Positions 11,571-25,001 of a DNA stretch of 64,000 nucleotides are shown here, piece after piece. The position numbers and the translations under genes are program-made. Source of the stretch: Geosiphon pyriformis uo1 (lineage: Eukaryota; Fungi; Glomeromycota); contig JAAOMT010000448.1 in the NCBI GenBank assembly GCA_016748015.1, forward strand, positions 121,834-185,833, written 5' to 3'. The notes under the pieces are model-generated. The model had not been told where the DNA came from, did not search any database, and saw only the letters and a program-made list of their open reading frames with translations. Each line of letters starts with the position of its first letter. The stretch's first letter is position 1.

Positions 11571-12869
11571 TCTGAACAGACCACTATAGTTAAAAACATC
11601 AGTCACATATAAAATTAGATTTACAAATAGCAATAGAAATTACAGCAACTACATTAATACAAAAAAGAAATTTAGAAGATTTTGACAGAGCTCAATATTA
11701 AAAAGAAAGAGATAATGTTACTCATAAAAAGAAAACAGATATAGAAAAATAGTAGACCAATAAGTAAATAGTATTTAGCATGTGAAAACATTGCTTAGCA
11801 ATGTAGAGCAATATTAGAAAACATGGCACATTGCTTAGCAATGTGAGTATTGCTCAAGAAATCATAGCACATCACTTGAGAATATAAGCGATCTCATATA
11901 ACATAAATTATATATATATAGTAAGAGTGTTAAAAGCAGAAAAAGCAATTCTTGGAGAATTCAATAAAGTTTTATTAATTTAAAACAATCTTCTTTCTTC
12001 TCTATTTATTAACTCTCATTTCAAGAATAGTTGCTATTAACCAAAATAGAATTATATAAATAAAATATTTCTTCAATTCTTTAAATTCATGTTATTATCT
12101 ACTACATAATCTGCTGGCACAATAGTTCTTGATCACAGCTATTAACAGAATACTTATTTCTTATTTTATTTTTTTATTTTTTTATTTTCTTTTATTTTTT
12201 TTATTTTTTTTTATTTTATTTTCTTTTGTTGTTTACTAAATTGATTAAAAGAATTAAGTACTGAGTTATTAATGTCATAGATAGTCTAGTAAAAAACCCA
12301 GAAATAAGAATAAAATTATATATATATTAATGGATAGCTTACCAGAAGGGCACGACTACCAGAATAAATCTGGCCACCAAGCTGAAAAAAAAATTGGGAA
12401 CAATCTGTAAGGAAACTGTAAATAACATCAACAAAGAATCTCTGTCTATTATACAAAAAACTCAACTCTAAAACTTTCAAATACAACCAATGTACCAGTA
12501 TCACTAGTATTGTTAAGATATTGAGCACTAAGTTACAGATTTGTTATTTGATTTGAGATCTCAAATAATTATCTGTAACACCGTCTTGGTTTCTGGCTCA
12601 GCTTTAAAGTTTTTGGCTGGTGTGATTAAATTGCTTGGGATTTCTGAGGCTTTTGGTGTCTAGTTTGGTTTTCACAAATCTTGTTTGTTTTTTTCAGATA
12701 TTGGTACCTCGGTTTTGGTTAATATAACTGTATAGTGTTGTCTTGACTGGTTCGAATGGCTGGTCACGTGTAATAAGTACATAATTTACATTTAGTTTAG
12801 ATCATTTCTTTAATGTATAGTTCTAAGTAGTGTTTAGACTTTACTCATTAAGCATTAATAAAAAAAAAT

Positions 12870-14445
12870 ATATTATTATTATTTTTGCTTTTAATTTTTT
12901 TAATGTATTTTTTTTTCATAATAAAATTAATTTTTTTATTTAGATAATAATAATTTTTGCTTTAATATTTAATTTTTTTTAAAAATTAATTTATATTAAG
13001 ATTATTTTTTAATATATACATAATTTTATTGATTTAAAGTCTGTTTTTAAAAATAATATCAAGTTGTTTTGCATAAAGTTTTCATTTTAAGTTTTTTTAA
13101 ATGCTATTATTAAAATTAAACTTATTAATTTTATTTATTTTTTTATTCTTAAGTTTGTTAAATTTTTAGTAATTTTTAACTTAATATCTTTTTTGCTATT
13201 ATTATTCTGTAAAACATTTCTAAAAATATTTTAATTAATAATATTAAAAATGCTTTTAATGTTTTTGGTAAAATTTCTAATATAAAATTAATATTTGCTA
13301 ATATTTAATAATATATTATTATTTATTTTTTTTATAATGCTTTTATAATTGCTTTTGCTTATTGGTTAATTTTGGTCAAAAAAAACAATTAAATATTATT
13401 GTTTTTTTAGTATATTAATGTTAAAAGTTTTAATTTAAACTTTAATTAGTTTTTTATAAATTTTTTAAGTTATATAATTGTTATAATTATAATATAAAGT
13501 TTTATTAAAATTATTAAATAAGTTTTTTTTGGTTTTTATTATATTATATATAATATATTTTTTTAAAAAATTAATTTAAATTCTATGTATTGTTTTAAAG
13601 TTTTTTTTTAAGATTAATTTTATAATATTTAAGGAATTTTTTTAATTCAAAAACATAAAATATAATAATTTTTTTTTAAATAAAATAATAAATTATATTA
13701 TTAATTAAAAATTATTTTTTTAATAAATTTAACTAATAAATAATTTTATTTAAAGTAAATTTGATTTTTTAATATTATTTTTTTTATATTTTTTAATGAA
13801 ATTTACAACTTTTAATTTGTTTTTTTTAATATTAAAACTATTATATATATTTATATATATTTGTTTTTTTATTTTTAATATATAATTTAAATATAATAAG
13901 TAAATTAAGTAACAAAATTAAATATAATTTATGTATTTTTATATATAATTAGACATAAATTTAATTTAAACTAATTTATGTTAAATTTATAGAAAAATTT
14001 TTTTTAAGAAAATATTATATATATAAATACAATTAAAGAATTATTATAATAATTTTACTTAATTATTTAATAGTTTTATTTAAATTATATTTAATATTAA
14101 TTAGTTAATACTTTTAAAGAATAATTAATTTAATATAAATAATATTGACTATTTTTTTAAGTTTTTTATATAAAACAAAAAAAATATTTAATAAAATAAT
14201 AATTAAAGTAATTAATAACTTAATAAGTTTAATAATAAGCTTAATTAAAACAATTAAATCCAAGATTTAAAATTCCAAAAAATTTAATTTAAACTTGATT
14301 ACAAAATCAATAACAAAAACAATTAAAAATATAATAACAAAAAAAACCAAAAAGATAAAAGTTTTGACATAAAATTTTATATTAATAAAAAATAAAACAA
14401 AAAGTTTAAAACTATTAATAAACTTAAAAAAACAAGTAATAATAT
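12870..14445. other. Extremely AT-rich desert, probably eroded TE sequence
   Basis: Very low G+C by eye, essentially no CpG, no ORFs. Confidence 0.6.
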
Positions 14446-15141
14446 TATTACAGTTAAAACTTATATTTCTTATTAATTATCACATGTATTAGCCACTGAT
14501 GTCATATAAATTAGCCACTCTATTTTTAGAAAATAATCATTGACCTAATCATTGACTACTTTTTACAGCTATATAAATGATAAATTTCTTAGCTGTAGAA
14601 AAACATGTAAAAATCAAGAAAAATAAAATAAATAAAATAACAATTTTCATCTTAATCTTTTTCTTATCACTAATTTCCCTTTCTTTACCTTTAAGTATCC
14701 AAACATCTTGGAATAAAAAATCACTTGTTGGTTATTCCTTATCCTTTTTTCTGAAATTTATAATTGTAGCAATTGAAGATTATTGAATAAAATGTGACTA
14801 AAAAGTATATTTGATACCTGATATTGAATTCTAAAAGTGCTGACGCAAAGCATAGAATTATAACAGTGTGTAATTATTTGTTGACAGTATGGACTATCTC
14901 TCTACTTTCAGATTCTTTAGTTATCTTTTGAAAAGTATAGCAACTAAGATATTTTATAAGACTGATTTCACATTGAATTCATACTTATTCAATTCACTTA
15001 TTGAAATTGAAATTCCTTTGATTCTTTTTATTACCTTACAATCCTGTTTTTTCTTGCTATCTGTTAGCTTGTTACTCCAACCCATAACATAAAAGTAGTG
15101 CTCCCTGTGAAGTTGTCAAAATCTACTTTGTTTTCTATTGT

Positions 15142-16700
15142 ATGGGTGATTATTTATATCTGTTACAACAATTAGAAGAATACTTTAAAGCACATAACAA
15201 AAACAATCTAGACTTTATTGAACTCAATTCTTTGTCCTTCTGCTTGATTTGCTTTTCCATTGAAAAACAATCCAGCAGACAATTCCAAGACTTTTGGAAC
15301 TGGTTCTTGAATGAGCATTTAGCTAAAACCTATATAGTTTACACAATCTATTACTTTGACCAAGCTTATTTTGAAGACAACTTTAAAAAAAGAAACAACA
15401 GTATCAATCAGCTTTTATACTCCACAATCTTTGAACAATAGCCTCCTGATTTCGAATATTTGAATCATCAAATCTACACTTGGATTGTTGCCTATCAAGC
15501 AATTAAAACTCTTTTTGAAACAGAAAAAAAAAGCTATCAAACTGTTTTTGTTTTTGACTTTTTATCAAACAAATTAGATACATCTACACAAACAGTTACC
15601 TCTGAACCAATGGCTAATGATCTCATACAACAAAACATTCTAATTGCCTTCCAAAACATACAAACTGCTTTAGGGTGAAGAAACAACATTCCATTACCCT
15701 TGTTTAGAGGTGATGTAAAAAATCCAATTAAATGATTGGATGATTTTGAAAGAACTGTTACAGCCAACTAATATAATAATGAATACAAGTTTCAAATTGT
15801 TGGTGGCTACCTCCAAGGCTCTTCTGCTACTTGGTTCTCACAAAAAACTAATGCTAGTGTTCACCAAAGAATCATTAAATGGGCACTAACAAATGCTAAA
15901 GAAGAAAACACTTCTTTCACAACCCAGTTTGAAACTAAATTTAGAACTCTTATCTTAATATCTAAATGGCACATGAAATTAGAGAGAAAAACTCAAGATT
16001 CTGGTAAAGTTGTAATTAAATATGCCAAAGCAATCAGAAAATTAATCAAGTAAGTAGATTTTGGAAAAAACTGGACAGAAGAACGAAAAATTTATTCTTT
16101 TATAAAAAGATTAAGAACTGATCTTTCTTATGTTTTTTGGCCTCTTCTGGCATTAAAAGACAATCCTACAATGGATATGGTCATTGAACTTGCCCAGAGA
16201 ATAGAAAACAATCAAAGAATACACCTAGAATTCACACTTCCAGTTTTTGCTTTTGCTTTTGTTATGGCTCTTGCTCCTCAAATGGCTGCTATCTCTTTTG
16301 CTGTCCAAACCTAAGATCTAAATGAACAGTTAATAGATAGACTCACAGTTAATCTTGTCCAGTTACTAGAACTCTTAGCTCAAGCCATCAGAAAAAATCA
16401 ACAACCCCAAAGACCCAGATTTAAATCCTGTTTTAATCAGCCTTAGCAGCCCTCTTATCAAAGACAGCAAAATTGTGGCCCACCTGTGTGCTACCACTGT
16501 GGATTAACTAAACATTTCTTAAGAGATTGCAACAATCCTTCTTTGTTACCTTCAGCTTTTAGAAACCATGACAATCAAAACAACAGAACCATCAACAACA
16601 ATGTTCTCAATCAAAGACCCAATCATGCCAACATCAATTTCTTTGGAGAGGATCCCTTAGTTGAAGTCACTGTTTATCAGCCTTTAAACTGGTAGGTGCA
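15142..16700 (+). pseudogene. gag (degenerate) with CCHC zinc knuckle
   Basis: PLPLFRGD..NPIK.LDDFE, FIKRLRTD, CYHCGLTKHFLRDC at ~16489. Confidence 0.88.
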
Positions 16701-17129
16701 CCTTCAAAGAGTGAAAGTACAAGCCAACCAAAAAAAAACCTCTTTTTTGCTTTTAACCTAACTAATAATAACCATGATATGGATGAACTGGCAATCAACA
16801 CTTCTAACTTGACAAGAAAGAAGAAAAAAGCCAAGGTTGATTTTGTTCTAAATCTTAACAAAGTCTTAACTTTTACTGCTGATAACAATGAGCCACCAAA
16901 GGCTAAAGTTTTTAAGAATCCTCTAAAGTTAGAACTCCCAGAAATTGTACAAAAATCTGGATCCTATTCTGTTGTGAAAGATCTTATAGAAACTCTAGCA
17001 CATATCACTTTTGGCCAGTTAATGACCCATTCACAGTTTAGAAAAAATCTTTGCAAGTCATTGATTCCAAAGAAAAAGACACTAAAAACCAACAAATATC
17101 CATGCCAAGTTTGATTTGTTGACAACAGC

Positions 17130-17510
17130 AATGTTACCTCTTTCATTTGTAAAGTTCAAGTGGCTGGTTATTTCATTGATCTGATCTTAAACAGTAGATC
17201 ATCTGTTAGCATTATTGCCAAACACTTCTTAGAAACAATTGTCAGAAAAATTAATGAACCATCCACCAGACCAATGACTAATGTACATGATGACAAAAAA
17301 AAAGATCTGGGCATAGCCAAAGCTGTTTTTGTCCAAATTAATAGTATTAACATTGAAACTAATATGGAAGTATCTAAAGCAAAAAAGTACACCATAATTG
17401 TTGGCAATAAGTGGCTTAAGAAAGCTAAAGTGCTACTTAATTATAAACTTTGTAAGCTAACCATCAGATATGATAAAAAATCCATTGTGGTTAAATATTG
17501 CTATTAGACA
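17130..17510 (+). pseudogene. Retropepsin aspartic protease (degenerate)
   Basis: LILNSRSSVS corresponds to LILDSGSSVS; IIVGNKWL. Confidence 0.82.
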
Positions 17511-18059
17511 ATTCCTTCAGTACCCAAGCAAAACCAAGAAAAAGAACAATCAAATGAATTTGATGATGATAAGAGTGATAAAAAAAAGATCAAAAAGAAC
17601 AAAAAAAAACTGCTGAACTTGCCTATACTATTTTTACCAACAATAACAAGCCATTAGACAATGTTAAAACTGACAAAGAAGGAATTATAGTAAATGGCAA
17701 GCTAATCTGCTGGTCCTACTATGATATTCTCAGAAAAATTTTTGATAGAAAACCTGACAAGAAAGCAAAATACAGTTATTGGTAACATAGTCTTTGTGCC
17801 AGATGCTGATGTAATAAACTTTTGTATTTTCTTAGTGATGAATGCAAGTCTTGATTAATCTATTACAAAGATTGGAAGCCAATTAGTTTGATATCCAAAG
17901 AAGAACTAAAAAAAGTACAGAAGTCTTTTGAGAGTGAACCATCTGAAATCTAATTACTAGTTGTAGAACAAAAAGAACCTTTCTCTGAAGAAAGAAAAGT
18001 GGACATTGAAAATCTGTTGGCTAGGAATAGCCAAGTTATCTCAAAAGAAAGTAATACTC

Positions 18060-19380
18060 CTGGACAAACTCATGTAATACAATACATTATAACCACAAAA
18101 AAAACTTGTTCTATCTATTTGAAGTCTTATCAATCCAATTAACACAATGATGAATTTATCAAGAAAGAAATAAACCAGATGAAAGATTTTGGATTCATAC
18201 AAGAAACCAAGAGTGAATGGGCTTTTTCCATTATAATGGTATTCAAGAAAGATAGAACTCTACACTTCTGTGTCAACTACTGCCAATTAAATGCCATTAC
18301 TATAAGAGACATGTACCTATTTCCCAAAATTGATGCAATGCTAAATAAATTCAATAGTGCTGCTTTCTTCTCAACTATTAACTTAACTGCTAGATTCTGG
18401 CAAGTAGAGATGGATCCAGAAAGCAGAAAGAAAACTGCTTTCATTACCAAGTATAATATCTATAAATTCACAGTCATGCCTTTTGGTTTTACCAATGCTC
18501 CTTTCACTTTTCAATGCCTGATAGACAAAGTATTTGAATCAGTAAAAGAAAACTTTGTTCTGGTCTACTTAGATGACATAATGATTTACTCAAAAATCTG
18601 GAATGAACACCTTGAACATTTGCAGAAGGTTTTTGACCTGCTTAGAAATGCTGGTCTTAAGATCAACTTAATTAAATCTTTTTTTGGATGCCAATCCACC
18701 CAGTTTTTTGGTCATCTTATTATAAAAAATGAAATCTTCTCTGATCCAGCTAAAGTTAAAAAAGTCCAAAACATTAAACAACCAATAAATGTTCCTGAAC
18801 TATGCTTTTTTCTTGGTTTGGTCTCTTACTACTGCAAATTTATCAAGAATTTCTCCAAGATTGCTTTTCCTTTCAATCAGCTACTTAGGAAAAATGTTAA
18901 TTATTACTGGAGCACTCATTAACAAAAAGCTTTTGAAATTCTAAAAGAAAAACTTGTTATTAAACCAATTCTCAAGCAATCTGATTTGGACTAATCTTTT
19001 ATTTTCCACACTGATACATCTGGCTATAGACTTGGTACTGTTCTTTTACAGAAAGATAAAAATAATAGAGAACATGCCATAACATATACCAGTAGATCCT
19101 TCACATCAGCAAAAAAAAACTATTCAGTTACTGAACAGAAATGCTTAACAGTAGTTTGGACTACTAGTTATTGGGATCAATATCTTCTTGGTGCAAAATT
19201 CTTAGTGGTAACAGATCATCAAGTCTTGGTTTGACTGTACAATAAAAAAAAGCTGGAACATAAACGAATAACTTGCTGAATATTCTACTTGGATGAATTT
19301 GACTATGATATTCAACACCATAAAGGAGCAAATTATCAAAACACAGATGCTTTCTCTAGACTTACTATCCAGTGACAGTA
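18060..19380 (+). pseudogene. Reverse transcriptase + RNase H (degenerate)
   Basis: FCVNYCQLN, MPFGFTNAP, YLDD, FLGLVSYY; RNase H HTDTS...TDHQ. Confidence 0.95.
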
Positions 19381-19559
19381 CAACTTTTTAAACCAAACCA
19401 ACTTAATTATTAGTAACTTCTTTACAAACAAACACGATAATGAACTTGGACAACTACTTTGTCTTAATAGAATTTTTGGGTAAAGGACAATACTCACTAG
19501 AATATACTCGACAGCAAAGAAAACATTTGTGCAAACAATCAAATTTCTATTTGATTCAC

Positions 19560-20730
19560 CAAAACCAGTTATATAAAAGAAACAGAAAAGATTCTGACTG
19601 TTCTTAAAAAGTCATCAAATTTAAAGAAAGAGAAATTGTAATATATAACATGTACACCGACCTATTAGCTAAACACTTTGAAAAAACAAAAACAATTCAG
19701 AAAACTTTAGCTTACTATTATTGGCCTATCTTGGGAAAAAACATTGCTGAATACATCAAAATCTGTGACATCTGCCAAAAAAGAGGCAAATCCAATTGCA
19801 AAGAAAATATTCATCCAATTTTTGTTGGTCAACTATTTGACAGAATTGGTATAGATGTTGTTAAACCTTTAACAATAACTCCTGATGGCAACAGATATAT
19901 TATCACAGCTACCAACTATTTTACAAAGTGAGTAGAAATAAGAACCACTCTTGACTAAACTGCAATCTCAATAGCCAATTTCATTTATGAAAATATCATT
20001 TGTCATCATGGCTGCCCCAAAAAACTTTTATTTGATAGAAGAAGAGCTTTTTTTAGTACACTAGTTGAAGAACTTTGTAGAAAAATGGAAATATATCATA
20101 AACTTTCCTCTCCTTATTACTCTTAAACAAATGGGCTAGTGGAATGTTTCAATAGAACACTATGTGAAACCCTAGCCAAAACCAGTGAAAAAACAAACTT
20201 ATAGGACAAAGTACTGCTTTCAGCTTTGTTTGCTTATAGAACTGTAAATCATGACATAACAAGTTAAGAACTTTTTTATCTGCTCTATGAACACATGGCA
20301 ACACTACCAATAGAAACTGACATTAAGACAATACTCTTTGAAGAAATCACAATAGAAAATTACAAAGACATTTTGCAAAGAAGACTTGATATCATTCTTG
20401 ACTTCTTAGTAGAAGCACAAATAATTGCTTTTAAAAAAATAAAACAGTTCTAAGAAAAGCTTAAGAAAAAGAAAACCTATAAAACACTTTCTTTAAGTAT
20501 TGGTAACTTGGTATTAGAATACTGTTCAGACAAAGACAATGTTTATGGTGATAAATTTTTTAGTCAATGGAAAAGACCCTTTATAGTCAACAAAGTTTTG
20601 AACAATGATTTTTATATTCTTTAAGATCAATTTAGAACAATCTTCAATAATCATCCTGTTCATGATATACAATTCAAGAAATATCATAAACGACTTGATT
20701 GGTTGTCTGTTGTGGTAATATCGACTCAAA
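19560..20730 (+). pseudogene. Integrase (degenerate)
   Basis: YYYWP..CDICQ (HHCC), IGIDVV, NGLVE.FNRTL, GPF-like tail. Confidence 0.92.
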
Positions 20731-20794
20731 TAATTAGCAAAAATCAAGTATAAATAAATCTACCATTCCCAAAACAGAGATATTTTCAATTGAC

Positions 20795-21420
20795 ATGAAC
20801 AATTATTTTTTGGATCAAAACATTCAAAATGCCTTTTATACTCTCTATGAGTATTGGATCAAAAACTATTCAAATGCTACTTTGATTATTGGAAAACAAA
20901 TCACCATAACTGATAACAGTAAAACACATACTGTTATTAGACCAAAGAAAACTACTATCAAAAGAGAAAAAATTGGTAGCAAAATAGATAAATATCTGTT
21001 AGAAAGTATAACAGCAGTTATATTCTCACCTTCTAACACAATTAGAAAAACACTCTAAAAAATCTTATTCATAGACAAAAACTTGTCATATAGAAGACAA
21101 TTAGAACTCTATGATTACCTTAGTGAAATTATAGAGGATATGAAACTCATAAAAAAAACAACTTCAGAGATACAGTCAAAAATTTTGGACATTATATGGT
21201 TAGATGTCCCAAGAGTTTTAACTATTGCTAAAAGAGCCAAAACTCTAATACAAAGATTTGGTCTTTTGAATACAAAACTCATTTCACTTTAAGTATTATA
21301 TATCCTATTCATAAAAAACTTTAACAAACTAGTTAGCTTTGAATTAAATAAAACTCTTCAAATAGATTACATCATAAATAGCTTGATTTTGCTGAAGCTT
21401 AATTTCTTTGGAAAAGATGA
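20795..21420 (+). pseudogene. Extra ORF3 after integrase (disrupted; pieces 20795-21058 and 21083-21292)
   Basis: ATG-initiated protein-like sequence between the INT stop and the PPT; same position as ORF 2560-3279. Confidence 0.6.
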
Positions 21421-22619
21421 TATTACAGTTGAAACTTATACTTCTTATTAATTATTATATGTATTAACCACTAATGTCATATAAATTAGCCACTCTATTT
21501 TTAGAAAATGATTATTGATCTAATCTTGACCATTTTTTACAGCTATATAAGCAATGAATCTCTTAGCTGTAGAAAAATATGTAGAAATCAAGGAAAATCA
21601 AATAAATAAAATAACAACTTTCATCTTAATCTTTCTCTTATTGCTAATTTCTTTTTTTCTACCTTTAAATATCTGAATATCTTAAAATAAAAGATTACTT
21701 GTTGGTTATTTCTTATCCTTTTTCCTGAAACATATAATTACAGCAATTGAAGATTATTGAATAAAACATGACTAAAAAGTATATCTAATACCTAATATTG
21801 AATTCTAAAAGCACTGACATGAGACATAAAATTATACCAGTGTAATCATTTGTTAACAGTACAGACTATCTCTTTACCTTCAGATTCTCCAATTATCTTT
21901 TAAAAAGTATAACAACTGAGATATTTTATAAGACTGATTTTATACATTAAATCCATACTTATTCAATTTGCTTATTGAAGTTAAAATCTCTTTGATTCCT
22001 TTTATCCCTCTACAATTCTGTTTTCTCTTGCTATCTGTTAGCTTGTTACTTCAACTTGTAACAATATTTTATATTTTAAAATTAAATAGCCAAAATTTTA
22101 ATATTTAAAATATTATCTATATTTAAAAGTTTTTTATAAAATTTAATACTTTTTTAAAGTATTAATATTAATAATAGCAATATTCAAATTATTTTTAGAA
22201 TTAAAAATAACAATTATATATTAAAATTATTTAATAAAATTAAAAAAAATAAAGCAATTATAACCACTAACTTTAAAAACCAATTTGCTAATTTTAAAAA
22301 CTATATAATTAAAAAAAAAATTTTAATACTATTTTTGTTTATTAAGACTAATTAACATATTAAAACAACTTTAGTTGTATTAAAAAAATTAAAATATATA
22401 ATAACATATTGTTAAATACTAGCAAATTTTTAAAGAAACTATGAAAATTTTATTTAAATTACCAAAAATTATCTTAATATTACTTGTAAATATACTTAAA
22501 AATACATTATATAAAATAATAACAACAAAAAAAATAAAAAACTCAAATATTACCAAAAATTTAACTATCTTAAAAATAAATAAAAAAATAAAATTAAAAA
22601 ATTTAACATAAAATATAAT

Positions 22620-25001
22620 ATTTAAATTACCCTTTCTTGTTGATCAGTGGTCTGCTTATTTCTATTGCCAAAAAAGGGAAGTCTTATCAATACCTGAGTA
22701 TCTTTCTGTCTACTAAGAGTTTGTCAAAGCCCAGTTTGGCTAAGGCTTATGTGGACATTCGTTTTTTTGCCAATTTTGTGTTGAAAAAAATTATTTTTGA
22801 TAAACAGTTTTCGTATTTGGTATTAGTAGTTTTTTTTCCAATTATTAGCTATAGGTTTCAATTTAGTTTTGTTTCTGTTAGTGTGTGTAATAAGTAAAAC
22901 ACCTTAATTCACAAGGGCTTAAAATCCAAATCCAGTCTTCTGCATGACTTTCCCAATAATGTACTTCATTATCTCTTATTGTATAATTTAAAGACTTTTG
23001 AACAGATTTAAGCTAAAGGCAAGTCTGTTTCTGTTGTTTGGTTTTCGAATTCAGTTGGCATTCTGGGTCATCTGTTTGTGCATAGATCACATAATCTGCA
23101 AGTGCTTAGCTAGAATCCTTACCATCCTTTGCTTTTTCTATCTTGTGTCAATATTGACCTATCAAATAATTTTTTGGCTAATGTAGTCTGCATCTTTTTG
23201 GAGTGTGATCTGTTTCTGGTTGGTCTTGTGACTAATGTCTTTCATTTCCAAGGTGATATTCTTTTGTCTCTTGTTTTCAGTGGTCTTAAGTTTCTTAAAT
23301 GTGTCTTTTCATTTTGGCATTATGGAATTGCTTTTGCTGAACAGTTTTACAATTATGTTGGTACAGTTTTTGATTGGAAGACATTTAAGCAGTGAAAAAG
23401 ATTAGACTCATATGACCCAATTCCTAATTAGTTTAAGCTTTTTGTTCATTTTCTTAATGGTGTTTCTTCTTCTTTTATTTGTTTATCTCTTTTGATGAGC
23501 ATCAATTCATTGGACATTTTTGAGTCCCATGAATTTGGAGTTATTTGTGACTACTTGTTGGGTGTTAATGCTAATTGCCTTTCTGTTTATACAGATGATT
23601 CTCTTAGTGGTTTGGAAATTCCAAACATGAAGGCTGGTACAACAGTTTTCTTTGAAAATATTGGTTTGAATTTGGATGTTGAAGTTTTTGGGTTGGTGTT
23701 CTCTACTATGGCTGAGCTATAAGCTGTTGCTCTGGCACTTGAATGCATTCCCTTTTTTAGTTCAGTTCAAATTTTTTTAGACAATCAGTCTGCTTTAGAT
23801 ATGTGTGAATTAGAATTGGACTTGTCATGTCCTGATTTTCAGAATTAGTATTGGGTTAAGCATTGTCATATCATAGATGTTATTTATGAAAAAAATTTGG
23901 AGGTTAGTTGACATAAGATTAAGGGTTATTCAAGAGTCTTGGACAATAAATATGTTGATGCTTTTACAAAGGCTGCTTGCTTCTCTAATTGGTATCTCCC
24001 TTATTATATTGCCAAATGTTATATCAGGGTTGGTAGTAACATTGTTTTTGGTAATTCTAGACATTTTGTTCATAATGTATTTGAGTCTGTCTATCAGGCA
24101 CACTGAGAGATTGGCTCTGGTTCTTGAGTTTTGGTAAACACTTTGTGTGCTGATATTAATTGGTTTAGGTCATTCTTGGTGTGGCATTTTGATTTGCATT
24201 TGGTCTTTGGTTTCACTAGTAAGAGTACTACTAGAGCTTGCACTTATTTTATAAAGACTTTGTATTACTGGCTTCTTGTTGCTATTTGCAAGTGTTTGTA
24301 TACTAAGAATTATCCAAATGTGATATGTTTGTTTTGTGAAGATATTAAGGTCTTAGACCACACTTTCTCTTACTTATTCGATTTTGATGTTCATGTTTAG
24401 TTGTTGAACACCTATGTAGCTAATTGGGGGGTGATTTCTGGTTTGTCTCATTTGGTTTCATGTGTGTTATAGTGTTTGAGTTTTTGTTCTTTTAATGTTA
24501 TTGTGTATATGACTTTGAGCTAGAGGTTTGTTTTTAATGATTGGTATTGGAAGTTTTTTTCTATTTTTAAAGATTCTAAAATTGCAGGTCGGATGGTTGT
24601 GGACTTTGTGTGCAGATTTTGTCTTACATTCAGAGAGAAAATTTGGTTGGCTTGTGTTAAACACCAGGCTTTTATGGAGAAGAATAAACTAATTTCACAT
24701 AATGAGTCTGTTCCAGTCTTAGTGTTTGGGCTTTTTTTAGTGTTTTTTGCTGATGTAATTAAATTGTTGGGTATTGCTGACACTATTAGTGTTAGTTTTG
24801 GTTTTCATAATTTTTGTTAGTTTTTTTCAGGTTTAGATAATGTAGTTTCAGTTTATATAGATATATAGTGTTGTTCTGATTAGTCTGAATGGCTGGTCAT
24901 GTGTAGAAAATGCATGATTTATGCTTAGTTTAGATTACTAAGTTGATGTATTGTATTAGGTAGTATTTGGATCTTACTCATTAATTTGAATTAAAAAAAA
25001 A
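22620..25001 (+). mobile_element. 5'-truncated LINE copy B (RT thumb, RNase H, Zn finger, 3'UTR, A-tail)
   Basis: Collinear with ~43350-45736; many stops; A-tail 24993-25001. Confidence 0.93.

Larger units (their letters stand above)
9090..12580 (+). mobile_element. Non-autonomous LTR element (TRIM/LARD-like) nested in the 3' end of LINE A
   Basis: LTRs 9090-10030 and 11716-12580 (TGTTAC...GTAA(C/T)A); PBS TGGTGCTTTCTGT at 10033; purine tract 11700-11715; TSD CTGT/CCGT; 1.7-kb interior without RT/INT. Confidence 0.92.
1..12868 (+). mobile_element. Non-LTR retrotransposon (LINE) copy A, degenerate ORF2 (APE-RT-RNaseH-Zn finger), split by two nested LTR elements; 5' part lies outside the window
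   Basis: Segments 1-1612, 6430-9089 and 12581-12868 are collinear with ORF2 of the full-length copy at 40912-45600 (IDY..DH APE end, AFVDD RT, VYTDGS RNase H, CLYC Zn finger). Same 3'UTR and A-tail (12860-12868). Many stop codons. Confidence 0.95.
14446..22063 (+). mobile_element. Full-length degenerate Ty3/gypsy LTR retrotransposon (gag-PR-RT-RH-INT-ORF3)
   Basis: LTRs 14446-15089 and 21421-22063; TSD ATAT/ATAT; PBS-like TAGTGCTCCCTGTG at ~15096; PPT GGAAAAGATGA 21410-21420; RT-RH-INT order. Confidence 0.96.
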
